Assembly: GCA_965226245.1 (NCBI GenBank)
Contig: CBDDCL010000015.1
Coordinates: 1,926,632-1,990,631, forward strand
DNA length: 64,000 bases
Direction of reading: 5' to 3'
Source: Bryobacterales bacterium
GTDB lineage: Bacteria > Acidobacteriota > Terriglobia > Bryobacterales > UBA6623
Part shown: positions 27,119 through 36,544 of the stretch, in pieces
Position numbering within the stretch: position 1 is the stretch's first letter
How the letters are laid out: every line of letters begins with the position of its first letter
The notes under the pieces: generated by a model
What the model was told of the DNA's origin: nothing
Databases searched by the model: none
What the model saw: only the letters and a program-made list of their open reading frames with translations
Translations under genes and position numbers: made by a program

Positions 27119-27347
27119 TAGTTTTGGTCCTCGCACTGTGATTCCGGCCGGCGCCGAACCCCGTCCCGAGGCGCCGTGTTCTCTGTTGAGAGACGCACGC
27201 ACTCCAGGGCAGGTTCCTTTCCGTCACCATAGCTGAGGTCTCCGCTTCGGCGCAACCCAAAACGACGAGACCGGGGAAGCGGCTCTCGCTCCGGGAGAGC
27301 GGGGCCGCCATGTGGCAATGGATTCCGCTCTCGATCAGCCCAGCCCG

Positions 27348-28139
27348 TCAGCGCAGACAGATGCCGCGTTCGGATCGCTGAATGAATTCGATCAGGTGCC
27401 GCGTATGCTCGCTGGGAATTTCGTCTTCAATGCGTTTTATCGCGTCATCGGGCGCCAGATTCGAGCGGCAAAGCAGCCGGAAGGCCTTCTTGAGGCGGCC
27501 GATTTCCTCATCGCTAATTCCCGCGCGCTGCAGGCCGACGAGATTGACGCCGCGGGCCGCGATCTTGAAACCGGAATAGATGAAATACGGAGCGGTGTCT
27601 TTGTTGGCGCGGGTGTTGCCGCTGATCAGGGCGAGCCGTCCGACCTTCGAGTACTGATGGACAAGGACGCCGCCGGAAAGATACGCCTGGTCTTCAATCT
27701 CCACGTAACCCGCAACCAGGACGCAACTGCAGATGACCGTGCCCGACCCGATTCTACAGTTGTGGGCGATGTGGCCCGAGGTCATGATGAAGTTGTCATC
27801 GCCAATCTCAGTCGCCGATTCCGGATCGGTGCCGCGGCTGATCGTGAAATGCTCCCGGATGCGGTTGCCGTTGCCAATTTTGAGGTAGCTTCGGTGTCCC
27901 CCGCTAAAGCTCTTGTCGAGCGGGTCCGTTCCGAGGACCGTGCCGACCGAGATCTGATTGTCCGTGCCGAGGGTTGTCCAGCGCTTGACGATGACGTGCG
28001 GCTCAAGGCGGGTGCGCGCGCCTATCGAGACATCGTCCTCGACGATCGAGTATTCGCCGATCTCGGCATCCGGGCCGATGTCGGCGCCGGCCGCGACCCG
28101 CGCGGTGTCCGCGATGCGTGCAGTGGGGTGAATCGGCAC
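27348..28139 (-). CDS. lpxA: Acyl-ACP--UDP-N-acetylglucosamine O-acyltransferase
   Basis: 263 aa. Hexapeptide repeats from the N-terminus (MPIHPTARIADTARVAAGADIGPDAEIGEYSIV), followed by the helical LpxA C-domain (GVNLVGLQRAGISDEEIGRLKKAFRLL). Confidence 0.85.
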   Translation of the reverse strand: MPIHPTARIADTARVAAGADIGPDAEIGEYSIVEDDVSIGARTRLEPHVIVKRWTTLGTDNQISVGTVLGTDPLDKSFSGGHRSYLKIGNGNRIREHFTISRGTDPESATEIGDDNFIMTSGHIAHNCRIGSGTVICSCVLVAGYVEIEDQAYLSGGVLVHQYSKVGRLALISGNTRANKDTAPYFIYSGFKIAARGVNLVGLQRAGISDEEIGRLKKAFRLLCRSNLAPDDAIKRIEDEIPSEHTRHLIEFIQRSERGICLR

Positions 28140-28162
28140 AGATCTGTATGATACCGAGGCAA

Positions 28163-28223
28163 CAGAGCCCGGAACGCCAGTGACGGGTCCGTAACGGGTC
28201 CGTGAGGGTCAGTTGACGGGTCG
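28163..28223 (+). repeat. Family B element (short form) with an 11-bp micro-tandem
   Basis: CAGAGCCCGGAACGCCAGTGACGGGTCC, followed by GTAACGGGTCC, GTGAGGGTCA and GTTGACGGGTCG. Confidence 0.75.
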
Positions 28224-28324
28224 CCAACCCGCATCACGAACCCGCAACAAGTCCGCGAAACTGCAATCTTCCAAGGCCCTTCTCCGCCGAAGGAGACCGT
28301 GCTTCCCTCCGCCGGCAATGCAGG

Positions 28325-30769
28325 CTAATCCCGCTTGATGGCCAGCACAACGTTCTTGGGATCTAGTACGACGCGGGTCGGCCGATTGCGCAGCACCACA
28401 TTGAACTCGGTGGACTCTCCTTGGACTTCGATCCACTTGTAGAGTGAGCGCCCGGGGAGGGTGTGTATCTCCACGGGGGCCATCAGCGTGAACGACTCGG
28501 GGACGTTCTGCTGAATGAGGCGTCCCGAGAAGCGCACCCGCGGCGGCTTCCCGTCCGCGTGGTGCTGGAGTGACAGGGTCGGAATGCCGGTTTCGTAGAC
28601 CCATTGATCGAAGAAATCTTCCAGCTTGGGATCGGGCCAGCCTGGCGGTACGAACTGGGCGGCGGCCTTTTGGAAACCCTCGGTGGTCAGGTCTTTGTAT
28701 TCGTACCTGTCGCGGATGCGGCGCACGAAAACGAGAAAGTTTTCATGGCCCAAAATTCCGCGCAGCATGTGAAGAATCCAGGCGCCCTTTTCGTAGGCGA
28801 TCACGTTGCGGGCAGTGGGGAATTTCGACGACCGCAAGCGGTCTCCGAGAACGATGGCCCCGGCGCTCTCGACCGTCTCGCCGTCCTCATTGAGTTCGAG
28901 CAGCCGATCCTTGTACTGGAGCAAGACTTCATCTCTCGCTTCGGGGCCGTCGTGATCTTCCAGCCACAACAACGCGGAGTAGGTCGCCAAAGCCTCCATC
29001 AGCCACACGTCCGATGACGAGTTGACGGTGACCACATTTCCCCACCATTGATGGGCGATTTCGTGCACGGGCACTAACTGGGTGTAAAACAGCCGTTCGG
29101 ATGCAGGCTTATCGCGCAAAGGAGGCTCGTTCGGGTCCAGATAGCTAAGCGTTGGGACGTAAACGAGGCCGGGCAACCCCTGTCCAAATTCGCCGGGTAT
29201 CGGAGAAACGACAATCTCGCGAGTCGCCGGCGGACCAAAGCGTTCCACGAAAAATTCAACGGCCTGGGCGCTGAGATCCGCGACGGAGTTCAATTGGAGA
29301 GCCGGCTTGGGTGGAGGCGGAGGCTTGCTCTCTATTACGACCGGAAGCGCGGATGAGAACACGCTGCCGAAGGGACGGCGCCTGCGCCTTGGAGTCAACG
29401 CGAGCGGGACGATTAAGACTTCGGTTTTCGCCACGGGTTGCAGGCTCTTCTCCACGCCCTCATTCGCACAAACCTCGACCGTGTAGTCGCCGACTTTGCG
29501 GGAAACTCGTTTGTAAACTCCCAGATTAAATCCGGCCAGGCGAATCGGGGTCTCGGTGCGAAAATGGGAAGAGCGAATGCCTTCTTGAGAAGTCGTTTCG
29601 AGCAGCTTACCGGTGGCGACCAGGTCGAGCTCTTGCGGGTAGTGGAATCGCAGGTCGAACGAAGTGAAACTTTTGCCTCGCCGCGGGTACCAGGAGTCGC
29701 GGCTCCCGACATAATAGACGTCGTCCCCGGCTTCGGCGATCACCTTGCCTTCGTAGTGAAATTCGATTTCGTGGCGCGAGCCGGAGACTAGCGGAGCGGG
29801 CACGGCGATTCCCACGACATTGTTGCGGCGAAGGGGCGTGTCCGCCGCCGCGGGCCGGCCCGAGTCAAGGATTTCGACCGGTTCTCCGTCCAACAAAACT
29901 TTGGTTAGACGGAGGCGTCTGGAAAGCTCGAAAAGAAAGACTTTGGTGTTTGCGGTGATAGGTATGAAGGTTGCTTTAGCTACCACTTTCATGCCGAGAT
30001 CTTGATCGAGATGGGATTCGATGCGGTAGTTTTCGATGCGGGTTTCATCTTGGCGCTGGGTGCGCCGGCCCAGGACGAAGTTTCGGCCCCGGAAACGGCA
30101 CCAGGCTTCGTAGTAGCTGCGGCTGTCGCGCCAAACGAGCTGGCCAATGCTGACCTGCTCATCCCGGCGGGGATCGATGACCACTTCGAAGCGGCCCAGC
30201 GGCCCCCCGCTGATGACGGCTCCGAAGAAGCCGGACTGCGGATTTCGGCCATCAACGGCATCGGATAGAACCGCCAGCTCTACCGTCCTCAGCAGGTTTT
30301 TCATGACCGGATCCCAGCGTTCGGGCAGCCGGCGGCCGGCTTCGGGGTCCAGTTTGTTGAACTCGTTTTTCGGAAGGGCCGAGCGAAGCGCCTCGGCTGT
30401 GTCGTCGGTGAAAAACATCATCGCCGCACGGAATTTTTCATTCAGCACCGGCTGGGACGTGAAGCGCGACAGAGACTGCCGTTCGCGCTTCGAGGGCGGA
30501 AACAGAATGATCTCGCCCCCGTCAGTCGGCTCCGAGGCGACGAACAGAGCGACAACGGTGCGTTCAGCGATCGGCTGGCCAAAAATCAGATGGCCGTCGA
30601 TGAAGTAGAACTTGAGGTCTTCGCGCTCGAGGAACAGATCGCGGACGCGATAGCACTGATTGGGGTCAAGGCGAATCTGGCGGATCTCTTGGAGATGTTC
30701 CTCTCCCCAGCCGGCGCTCAGGGGAAGTGAGAGCAGCAAGGTTGCGAGGGCTAACAGGATCGACGCCAC
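28325..30769 (-). CDS. M1-family zinc metallopeptidase (aminopeptidase N-like), secreted
   Basis: An exact gluzincin signature, HEIAHQWWGN-X-WLMEALATY (HEXXH-X18-E). Signal peptide MASILLALATLLLSLPLSA. Confidence 0.8.
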   Translation of the reverse strand: MASILLALATLLLSLPLSAGWGEEHLQEIRQIRLDPNQCYRVRDLFLEREDLKFYFIDGHLIFGQPIAERTVVALFVASEPTDGGEIILFPPSKRERQSLSRFTSQPVLNEKFRAAMMFFTDDTAEALRSALPKNEFNKLDPEAGRRLPERWDPVMKNLLRTVELAVLSDAVDGRNPQSGFFGAVISGGPLGRFEVVIDPRRDEQVSIGQLVWRDSRSYYEAWCRFRGRNFVLGRRTQRQDETRIENYRIESHLDQDLGMKVVAKATFIPITANTKVFLFELSRRLRLTKVLLDGEPVEILDSGRPAAADTPLRRNNVVGIAVPAPLVSGSRHEIEFHYEGKVIAEAGDDVYYVGSRDSWYPRRGKSFTSFDLRFHYPQELDLVATGKLLETTSQEGIRSSHFRTETPIRLAGFNLGVYKRVSRKVGDYTVEVCANEGVEKSLQPVAKTEVLIVPLALTPRRRRRPFGSVFSSALPVVIESKPPPPPKPALQLNSVADLSAQAVEFFVERFGPPATREIVVSPIPGEFGQGLPGLVYVPTLSYLDPNEPPLRDKPASERLFYTQLVPVHEIAHQWWGNVVTVNSSSDVWLMEALATYSALLWLEDHDGPEARDEVLLQYKDRLLELNEDGETVESAGAIVLGDRLRSSKFPTARNVIAYEKGAWILHMLRGILGHENFLVFVRRIRDRYEYKDLTTEGFQKAAAQFVPPGWPDPKLEDFFDQWVYETGIPTLSLQHHADGKPPRVRFSGRLIQQNVPESFTLMAPVEIHTLPGRSLYKWIEVQGESTEFNVVLRNRPTRVVLDPKNVVLAIKRD

Positions 30770-30886
30770 TACACTTTCATCTTACCTTTCCCCGAGCGGG
30801 CTGGCTCCCATGCCGGGCGCGTTTCAGCACCTTTCGATGCCCCGGTTCTCAGTACCTGTATATGCGAAAGATTTCAGCCGGGCCCG

Positions 30887-30913
30887 GCAGAGGCGTGGAC
30901 GGAAGTCCACGCT
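30887..30913 (+). repeat. Family C hairpin element
   Basis: GGCAGAGGCGTGGAC-GGAA-GTCCACGC. Confidence 0.7.
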
Positions 30914-30977
30914 CGCGTCGGCAGCCGGATTCGGAGCAGCGACCGCAAGTGTCAGGGTGGTCAGATTCTTGCTAAAC

Positions 30978-31030
30978 GCGGCAGAAAATTCGGGAACCAG
31001 ATTTGGAGCCCCGACCGTGAGGTGTGAACC
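30978..31030 (+). repeat. Family B element, divergent copy
   Basis: GCGGCAGAAAATTCGGGAACCAGATTTGGAGCCCCGACCGTGAGGTGTGAACC parallels the sequence GGCAGAAATTTCGGGAGCCAGATTCAGAGCCGCGACCGTGAGGGAGCGG around 42429-42476. Confidence 0.6.
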
Positions 31031-31055
31031 ATCCCGCACCACCGGTACAGTCTAC

Positions 31056-31487
31056 TTAAGACGGCCTCGGCCCTGGGCCTCGGCCACCGTTGCTTCCGTT
31101 TGAGCTTTGGATCCAGCGGTCCAGGTTGCGCTCGATTCGCTCGGTTCTTTCGAGCCACTCGGCGCGATCTTGGGCGCGCTGTTTCGCTATGCGCTCTTCT
31201 GCTTCGCGGATTTCCTTGCGCCGTTGTTGCCGTTCACGGCGATACGCGCGGATATCAAGTTCGACGGCGTGCCGCGTGTATTCGGTGAGGTTTGTCAATT
31301 CGCGCCCGACCTGAGCGATCGTAGCGTCCGTGCGATCCATGCGCTCTTTCGCTTCTTTCGCTTCCTGCTCGAACTGTTTTGATCGCTCTATAGCTTTCTG
31401 ATGGGATTCGATCAGCCTGCCAAGCTGATCCTCAAACGAGCGGAATACCTGCTCGTGGTATTTACGCAGTGACTCCAGATCATCCAC
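31056..31487 (-). CDS. Hypothetical coiled-coil protein
   Basis: 143 aa, highly charged with heptad-like periodicity and a Gly-rich tail. I recognise no family. Confidence 0.4.
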   Translation of the reverse strand: MDDLESLRKYHEQVFRSFEDQLGRLIESHQKAIERSKQFEQEAKEAKERMDRTDATIAQVGRELTNLTEYTRHAVELDIRAYRRERQQRRKEIREAEERIAKQRAQDRAEWLERTERIERNLDRWIQSSNGSNGGRGPGPRPS

Positions 31488-31510
31488 GCGTTCAGTCTAG
31501 CACCCAACCG

Positions 31511-32500
31511 CTAGTCCGGCGCCCGCGTCCTGACGAAACTGCCTCGTCTTTCCACCAGCTTCGTCACCACAAGCGCCAGCACGGCAATCGCGAGTCCCGC
31601 CAGGCCGTCGACGGCGTAGTGGTAGCGCCCGTATACGGTCGCAATGCAAATCGACACCGCCAAAACGAACAGCGAGCCGCCGATCCACTTCTTGTCGGGG
31701 AGTACGCGCTGCATGGCAAATGCCGCCGCGAATGCGTGCGAGACGTGACCGCTGGGAAACACGCTGGTGTGGATGCCCCCCCCGGAGAGGATCCACAGAT
31801 TGAAGCGGTGGAATACGGTGACGACCTGTGGCATGTCCGCATCGGGAAAGACGGCGCGGGGCGGTTCGGATGGGAAGTAGGGATAGAGCGCGTAGGAAAG
31901 CACCGCCCCCAGCACGACGGTAAACAGGAACTGGTCGACCTTGGCGCGCCGCGAATGAAGATAGAGGATAGCGAGCGAAAAAGGCCCCACGGCGTAAACG
32001 AGGGTGTAGGAAAGCTCCAGCATCGCCGGCAGCAGCGGGCCGAGAAACTCGACTGCGGCGCGCAGCTGCCAGTCGTTGAGCAGCAGCCGGTCCCAGACGA
32101 TCCAGCCCTGTTCCAGCTCATAGGTGTGATGGCTGGGAGCAAACCATCCCATCTCCCTGTAGGCCAGCAGAATGAATCCGAGGGGCAGCCAATCGCGGAC
32201 CATGCTGACCGCGCGCAAGGGCCGCTTCCGATCGAGGTGTCCAAGGATAAAGTAGCCGGCGACGATCGCGAGATTGAGCAGCAATGTGAAGCGTGAGGTT
32301 TCCGCTGGAATCGCCAGAAACAAGCCCACAATCCCTGCATAGAGGAAGTAGCCGATCAAGACGATTTCGCTGCGGCGGAGGAGGGGTTGCTCGGGCGGAC
32401 TGCCGATTTTCCCGCTTGGTCGCTGGTTCACCGTTGCCGTCCCGGATTCAAATTCGCTTGGCGCATACTCGCCGGCCCATAGTCTATGATGCGTGTCCAT
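31511..32500 (-). CDS. PAP2-family membrane phosphatase (start uncertain)
   Basis: PSGHVSHAFAAAFA and YGRYHYAVDGLAG match PAP2 motifs C2 and C3. Multiple TM segments. The ORF extends to 32785, but that part is antisense to the neighbouring gene. Confidence 0.65.
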   Translation of the reverse strand: MDTHHRLWAGEYAPSEFESGTATVNQRPSGKIGSPPEQPLLRRSEIVLIGYFLYAGIVGLFLAIPAETSRFTLLLNLAIVAGYFILGHLDRKRPLRAVSMVRDWLPLGFILLAYREMGWFAPSHHTYELEQGWIVWDRLLLNDWQLRAAVEFLGPLLPAMLELSYTLVYAVGPFSLAILYLHSRRAKVDQFLFTVVLGAVLSYALYPYFPSEPPRAVFPDADMPQVVTVFHRFNLWILSGGGIHTSVFPSGHVSHAFAAAFAMQRVLPDKKWIGGSLFVLAVSICIATVYGRYHYAVDGLAGLAIAVLALVVTKLVERRGSFVRTRAPD

Positions 32501-33667
32501 CGCCGCTTGCGTTTCGTAAAGTTTGGCGAACCGGACCTGCCTGACGGCAGGTTGCGGCAGGCAGCCGGCGTGGCGCCAGGCGGTTCTCGCCTCTACACTG
32601 GTGGGGTCCAGCCGTTTCGAGTTCTCGCGGGACTGAACCCCTTGACCGCACGCAAACACTACATCCGCTCGCTTCCGGTGCTGATTCTCTATCCGCACAG
32701 CCGCTGCAATTGCCGCTGTGTGATGTGCGACATCTGGAAGGTCACCGCGGCCGAGGAGATCAGTGTCGGCGAACTCGAACGCCACCTGGACGACATCGAA
32801 ACGTTAAGAGTCGAATGGGTCGTGTTCTCGGGCGGTGAGCCGTTGATGCACACCGACTTGTTTCGGCTCTCGCAATTGCTGCGCGCCCGCGGTATCCGTA
32901 CCACGATCTTGACAACCGGGCTGCTGCTAGAGCAAGACGCCGGTCGCATTGTCAATTCTGTCGACGAAGTGATCGTATCATTAGACGGTCCCAGTCACGT
33001 GCATGATCAGATACGCCGCGTGCCGGGAGCTTTTGAACGCTTGGCGAAGGGTGTGCGGGCTCTCCATGCGAGCAATGAACAGTTTCCATTGTCTGCTCGG
33101 ACGACGGTTCAGCGGCTCAATCACGCGGATCTGCGTGCAACCGTTGAAACCGCCAAGGCTCTCGGCCTGGCGTCGATTTCATTCCTCGCCGCTGATCTGA
33201 CCTCCGCGGCGTTTAATCGCCCCATCGGTTGGGGAACCGACAGGCAGGCGGAAGTGGCTCTGGACGCGCGGCAGGCCGACTCACTCCAAAGGGAAGTCGA
33301 GGCGCTGATTCATGACTTCTCCGGCGACATCAGCAGCGGCTTTGTGCGCGAAGGACCTGACAAGCTTCGCCGGATTGTAAGGCACTTTCGAGCCCATCTA
33401 GGGAAGTGCGAAGCGGCCGCTCCGCGCTGTAACGCACCTTGGGTTTCGGCGGTCGTCGAGACGGATGGAACGGTGAGGCCCTGCTTTTTTCACCAAGCGA
33501 TTGGAAATGTTCGAAATGCAACCGGGGAGCATAACTCGGCTGGCCGCGGTCTGATGGAAGTACTCAACAGTCCTGACGCCATAGCCTTTCGTGAAGCATT
33601 GGACATTTCCGAAAACCCGATCTGCCGGCGGTGCGTTTGTTCGCTTGACTGGGCGCAGGAAGAGTAA
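32486..33667 (+). CDS. Radical SAM protein with a SPASM/twitch-like C-terminal Cys cluster (start uncertain)
   Basis: CNCRCVMC fits CxxxCxxC. The C-terminus is CNAPWVSAVVETDGTVRPCFFH...GNV...ENPICRRCVCS. Confidence 0.7.
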   Translation: MMRVHRRLRFVKFGEPDLPDGRLRQAAGVAPGGSRLYTGGVQPFRVLAGLNPLTARKHYIRSLPVLILYPHSRCNCRCVMCDIWKVTAAEEISVGELERHLDDIETLRVEWVVFSGGEPLMHTDLFRLSQLLRARGIRTTILTTGLLLEQDAGRIVNSVDEVIVSLDGPSHVHDQIRRVPGAFERLAKGVRALHASNEQFPLSARTTVQRLNHADLRATVETAKALGLASISFLAADLTSAAFNRPIGWGTDRQAEVALDARQADSLQREVEALIHDFSGDISSGFVREGPDKLRRIVRHFRAHLGKCEAAAPRCNAPWVSAVVETDGTVRPCFFHQAIGNVRNATGEHNSAGRGLMEVLNSPDAIAFREALDISENPICRRCVCSLDWAQEE

Positions 33668-33672
33668 AGGTT

Positions 33673-33747
33673 TCAGAGCCCGGAACGCCAGTGACGGGTC
33701 CAAGCCCGTTGGACATCACGCTCCGCGTGAGTGCTGCTGACCTATTC
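33673..33747 (+). repeat. Family B short element fused to the family D 41-mer
   Basis: TCAGAGCCCGGAACGCCAGTGACGGGTCC, followed by CGTTGGACATCACGCTCCGCGTGAGTGCTGCTGACCTATTC. The 41-mer recurs inverted at 36545-36585. Confidence 0.8.
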
Positions 33748-33936
33748 AGTTCAGGCGCCCGGCGCGCACCCTGACCCCTCGTCTGTGACCACTCCGTAAG
33801 TTGTTGATTCTACGTCAGGGCGGGAAATGGCTGCGAGACTTCCATAGGCCGGGGCGGGGGGCGGACTGAGTCACACCCCCGTTCAGTCCGGCACCGCCGG
33901 GTGGCCCAGCTCGCTTGCGCTCGGGGCTCTGTCTCG

Positions 33937-34713
33937 TCACTCCCCATCATAAGCCCACGGCCCGCGGCTGAAGAGTCCTCCGTCGACAAACAAAGTTTGA
34001 CCGCTGACGAATTCGGCCTCATCCGCCGCTAGGTAACAGACAGCGGCCGCGACGTCACTCGGGTAGCCGACCCGGCGCATGGGGGTGAGCGCAGCCCACG
34101 TGCCGGCGTAATCGGGCGCTTCGAGCTTGGTCCTCTCGATCTCCACCGCGCCCGGAGCGACGCAGTTGACCGTAATCCCGTGAGGGCCGAGTTCCGCCGC
34201 TGCGACTTTCGTGAACATCTCGATGCCACCCTTGCTGGCGGTGTAGCTAACCAGATTGGGGAAAGCGAATTTGTTGCAGCCGGAACCGATATTGATGATG
34301 CGGCCCCCGCCGTTCTCCTTCATGTGGCGCGCGGCGCGCTGCGTACACAGGAAATTTCCCTTCAGGTTGGTCTCGATCACGCTGTCCCATTCGGACTCTG
34401 CTAGGTCAAGGAGTGGCTTCCAAACTTGGGTTCCGGCGTTATTGACGAGAATGTGGAGCCGCTGAAATTCGGCGAATACTTTATCGAACATCGGGCCGAC
34501 ATCGGACGATCGTCCGACATGACCGCCAACGATGATTGCACGGCGTCCAAAGGCTTCGGCCTGCCGCGCCGTATCTTCGGCGCCTTTCTGGTCGGAATGG
34601 TAGTTGATGGCTACGTCGCAGCCGCGTTTTGCCAGTTCGAGAGCGATTCCGCGGCCGATTCCTTTGCTGGCGCCGGTGACGAGCGCGGTTTTTCTGGTTA
34701 GATCTTGTGGCAT
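33937..34713 (-). CDS. Short-chain dehydrogenase/reductase (SDR)
   Basis: TGASKGIGRGIA (TGxxxGxG) and YTASKGG (YxxxK), with NAG upstream. 258 aa. Confidence 0.85.
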   Translation of the reverse strand: MPQDLTRKTALVTGASKGIGRGIALELAKRGCDVAINYHSDQKGAEDTARQAEAFGRRAIIVGGHVGRSSDVGPMFDKVFAEFQRLHILVNNAGTQVWKPLLDLAESEWDSVIETNLKGNFLCTQRAARHMKENGGGRIINIGSGCNKFAFPNLVSYTASKGGIEMFTKVAAAELGPHGITVNCVAPGAVEIERTKLEAPDYAGTWAALTPMRRVGYPSDVAAAVCYLAADEAEFVSGQTLFVDGGLFSRGPWAYDGE

Positions 34714-34754
34714 GGAATTCTACCTTGGCGACAGTTCGCGGAAAGGCTTCCGCA

Positions 34755-35030
34755 CTAATACGACGGTTGATTCGCCTCGAGTTGGGCGAGCAGTTCGTTC
34801 ACCACTTCAGGATGGCTGGCTGCGACGCACAGGCGAGCGGTCGAGGCGAAACGATCCAGGTTGGGTGTGACCATATGACTGGCGCCATACGCCCCGAGTT
34901 CCGGGCGAAGGTCATCGATCGCGATGAAGAGGACGTTATATGGCGCGGGCGTTTTTGGCTCACTGTCTCCCGGCTGGGAAGAACAGCCAAAGGCGGCAAG
35001 CAACAGGACGGCCGCGATCCAAGTCAGCAT
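34755..35030 (-). pseudogene. Sulfatase remnant with a large in-frame internal deletion
   Basis: The 91-aa ORF joins a lipoprotein signal and the sulfatase N-terminus ([18 protein letters not shown]...TPNLDRFA) directly to a C-terminal-type tail ([14 protein letters not shown]). Confidence 0.6.
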
Positions 35031-35044
35031 CCAGACAGAGTATC

Positions 35045-35400
35045 ACTCAATGACCATCCCGCGGTTTCTTTTCGGGTTGAAAGATTTCCCTTCCGGGTCC
35101 GCGCGGACCAACGAGGACGGTGCGAGAGCTTGGAGCCAGGGTCGGCGTAAAGCAGCGCCGTCCACAGGTGGCCGCGGTCCAGCGGACACGAAAAGAAGCG
35201 GTCCTGCCACAAGTGCCCGTGCCACCCCAGTGCTCGTGCAGCGCCCGCGATGGTTCGCCCAGCGGACCGAGCGCTCGCTATGGACGAGGTCCGATTGTCC
35301 ATGAATCCTGCCGACTGGATCTGAAGAAAAAGCCGCGGGCCTCTTCGCGCCTGCGCTACGCGCTGGAAGGGAAGTCGAGAGCAATAGAAAATGTAGCCCG
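35045..35400 (-). pseudogene. Degraded IS200-like / RAYT-type Y1 transposase remnant
   Basis: GHLWQDRFFSCPLD..HLWTALLY resembles the G-H-L-W-Q-x-R-F motif region of REP-associated tyrosine transposases. The flanking parts are readable only across frames, and the N-terminal HUH region is missing. Confidence 0.45.
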
Positions 35401-35600
35401 ATTTTTTCGGTGCCTGACCAGGAGCGTCCGCGGCGGGACCTGCATGCCCCGCGGGGGATGATCGGCGCCGTTCCGAGACGTGCGTCGTTTTTTGGGGGCG
35501 GCTCAACAGGCTGATTGCCTCACCCCGTAAGAAGGTCTAAGGCCGATCGACGGATCAAGGTTCCCCGTCCCTTTAGACGTTTTGATGCTAAAATGTAAAT

Positions 35601-35828
35601 ATGCGAACCACGCTGGACTTACCCGATGAGACATTTCGGGAACTGAAGACGCTGGCCGCGCGGCAGGGCGTCACGCTGAAATCGGTTCTTCGCCGGGCCG
35701 TGGAGAAAGAACTGCGGCGGACCCAAAACGAATCCGGCGGACGGCGCGTGAAATTTCCCATCTTGGACTCCAAAGAGCCGGCTTCACTGGATTTGAGCAA
35801 TGCCGAGATCGAAGAACTTCTTGCCTGA
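35601..35828 (+). CDS. vapB: VapB-type (RHH) antitoxin
   Basis: MRTTLDLPDETFRELKTLAARQGVTLKSVLRRAVEKEL has a typical RHH antitoxin N-terminus. It overlaps the downstream PIN gene. Confidence 0.65.
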   Translation: MRTTLDLPDETFRELKTLAARQGVTLKSVLRRAVEKELRRTQNESGGRRVKFPILDSKEPASLDLSNAEIEELLA

Positions 35829-36237
35829 TGTCAATGTTTGGCTTGCGCTTGCCTCCAGCCATCACGTGCATGCCGGGTCCGCCGCGGCGTGGCTCGATGG
35901 CGTGACCTCGGGAGAAGCTGCATTCTGCCGAGTCACGCAAATGGGGCTGCTACGGCTGCTCACAAATCCGAAGGTGATGGGAGCCGACGTGCTGAACCAA
36001 CCCGCGGCCTGGCGAGTTTACGATCGTATGCGGTCCGACGTCCGCGTGGGGTTCGCCGTGGAGCCCCCAGGGCTCGAAAAAGTCTGGCGCGCCGAAACGC
36101 GATCGGCCCGCGCGGGTCAGCGCCGCTGGACCGACGCCTACCTGTTCGCTTTCGCCCGTACCCGCGAGTTGCGCCTCGTTTCGTTTGATAAAGGTTTCCG
36201 TCATCGGGGAGATGCGGAAACGATCGTCCTGACTTGA
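35800..36237 (+). CDS. vapC: PIN-domain toxin (VapC family)
   Basis: LPDVNVWLALASSHHVHAGSAAAWL, WTDAYLFAFA and LVSFDKGF supply the acidic PIN residues. The start may be a few codons downstream. Confidence 0.7.
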   Translation: MPRSKNFLPDVNVWLALASSHHVHAGSAAAWLDGVTSGEAAFCRVTQMGLLRLLTNPKVMGADVLNQPAAWRVYDRMRSDVRVGFAVEPPGLEKVWRAETRSARAGQRRWTDAYLFAFARTRELRLVSFDKGFRHRGDAETIVLT

Positions 36238-36499
36238 CAAAAAGGGATCAGGGGCGACTCCCAATCGCCGCGCCAAGTGGTGAGAAAAGCGAGCTAGCCT
36301 GCCGGCGAGTACCTGCCCTGAATCAAACCCGCGGCTACAACGCCGTCCTCCGCCGTGAGCTTCACGAAGTGGTAGTTTCGCCAGCCGGCGTCACAGTGCA
36401 AGGTTTCAATGCTGGCGATTTTCATTTAGGGGTACGTCGTAGCTTACCCGGCATGCATGGCGGGAGCACGGGCCTGGGGCTACCCTGTGTGTTTTGGTA

Positions 36500-36533
36500 T
36501 TCGTGGAAGCGGCCGGGCGCCGTCCGCGAACAA
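36500..36533 (+). repeat. 34-bp direct repeat, copy 1
   Basis: TTCGTGGAAGCGGCCGGGCGCCGTCCGCGAACAA is identical to 37917-37950. Confidence 0.9.
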
Positions 36534-36544
36534 TTGAGCTGGCC

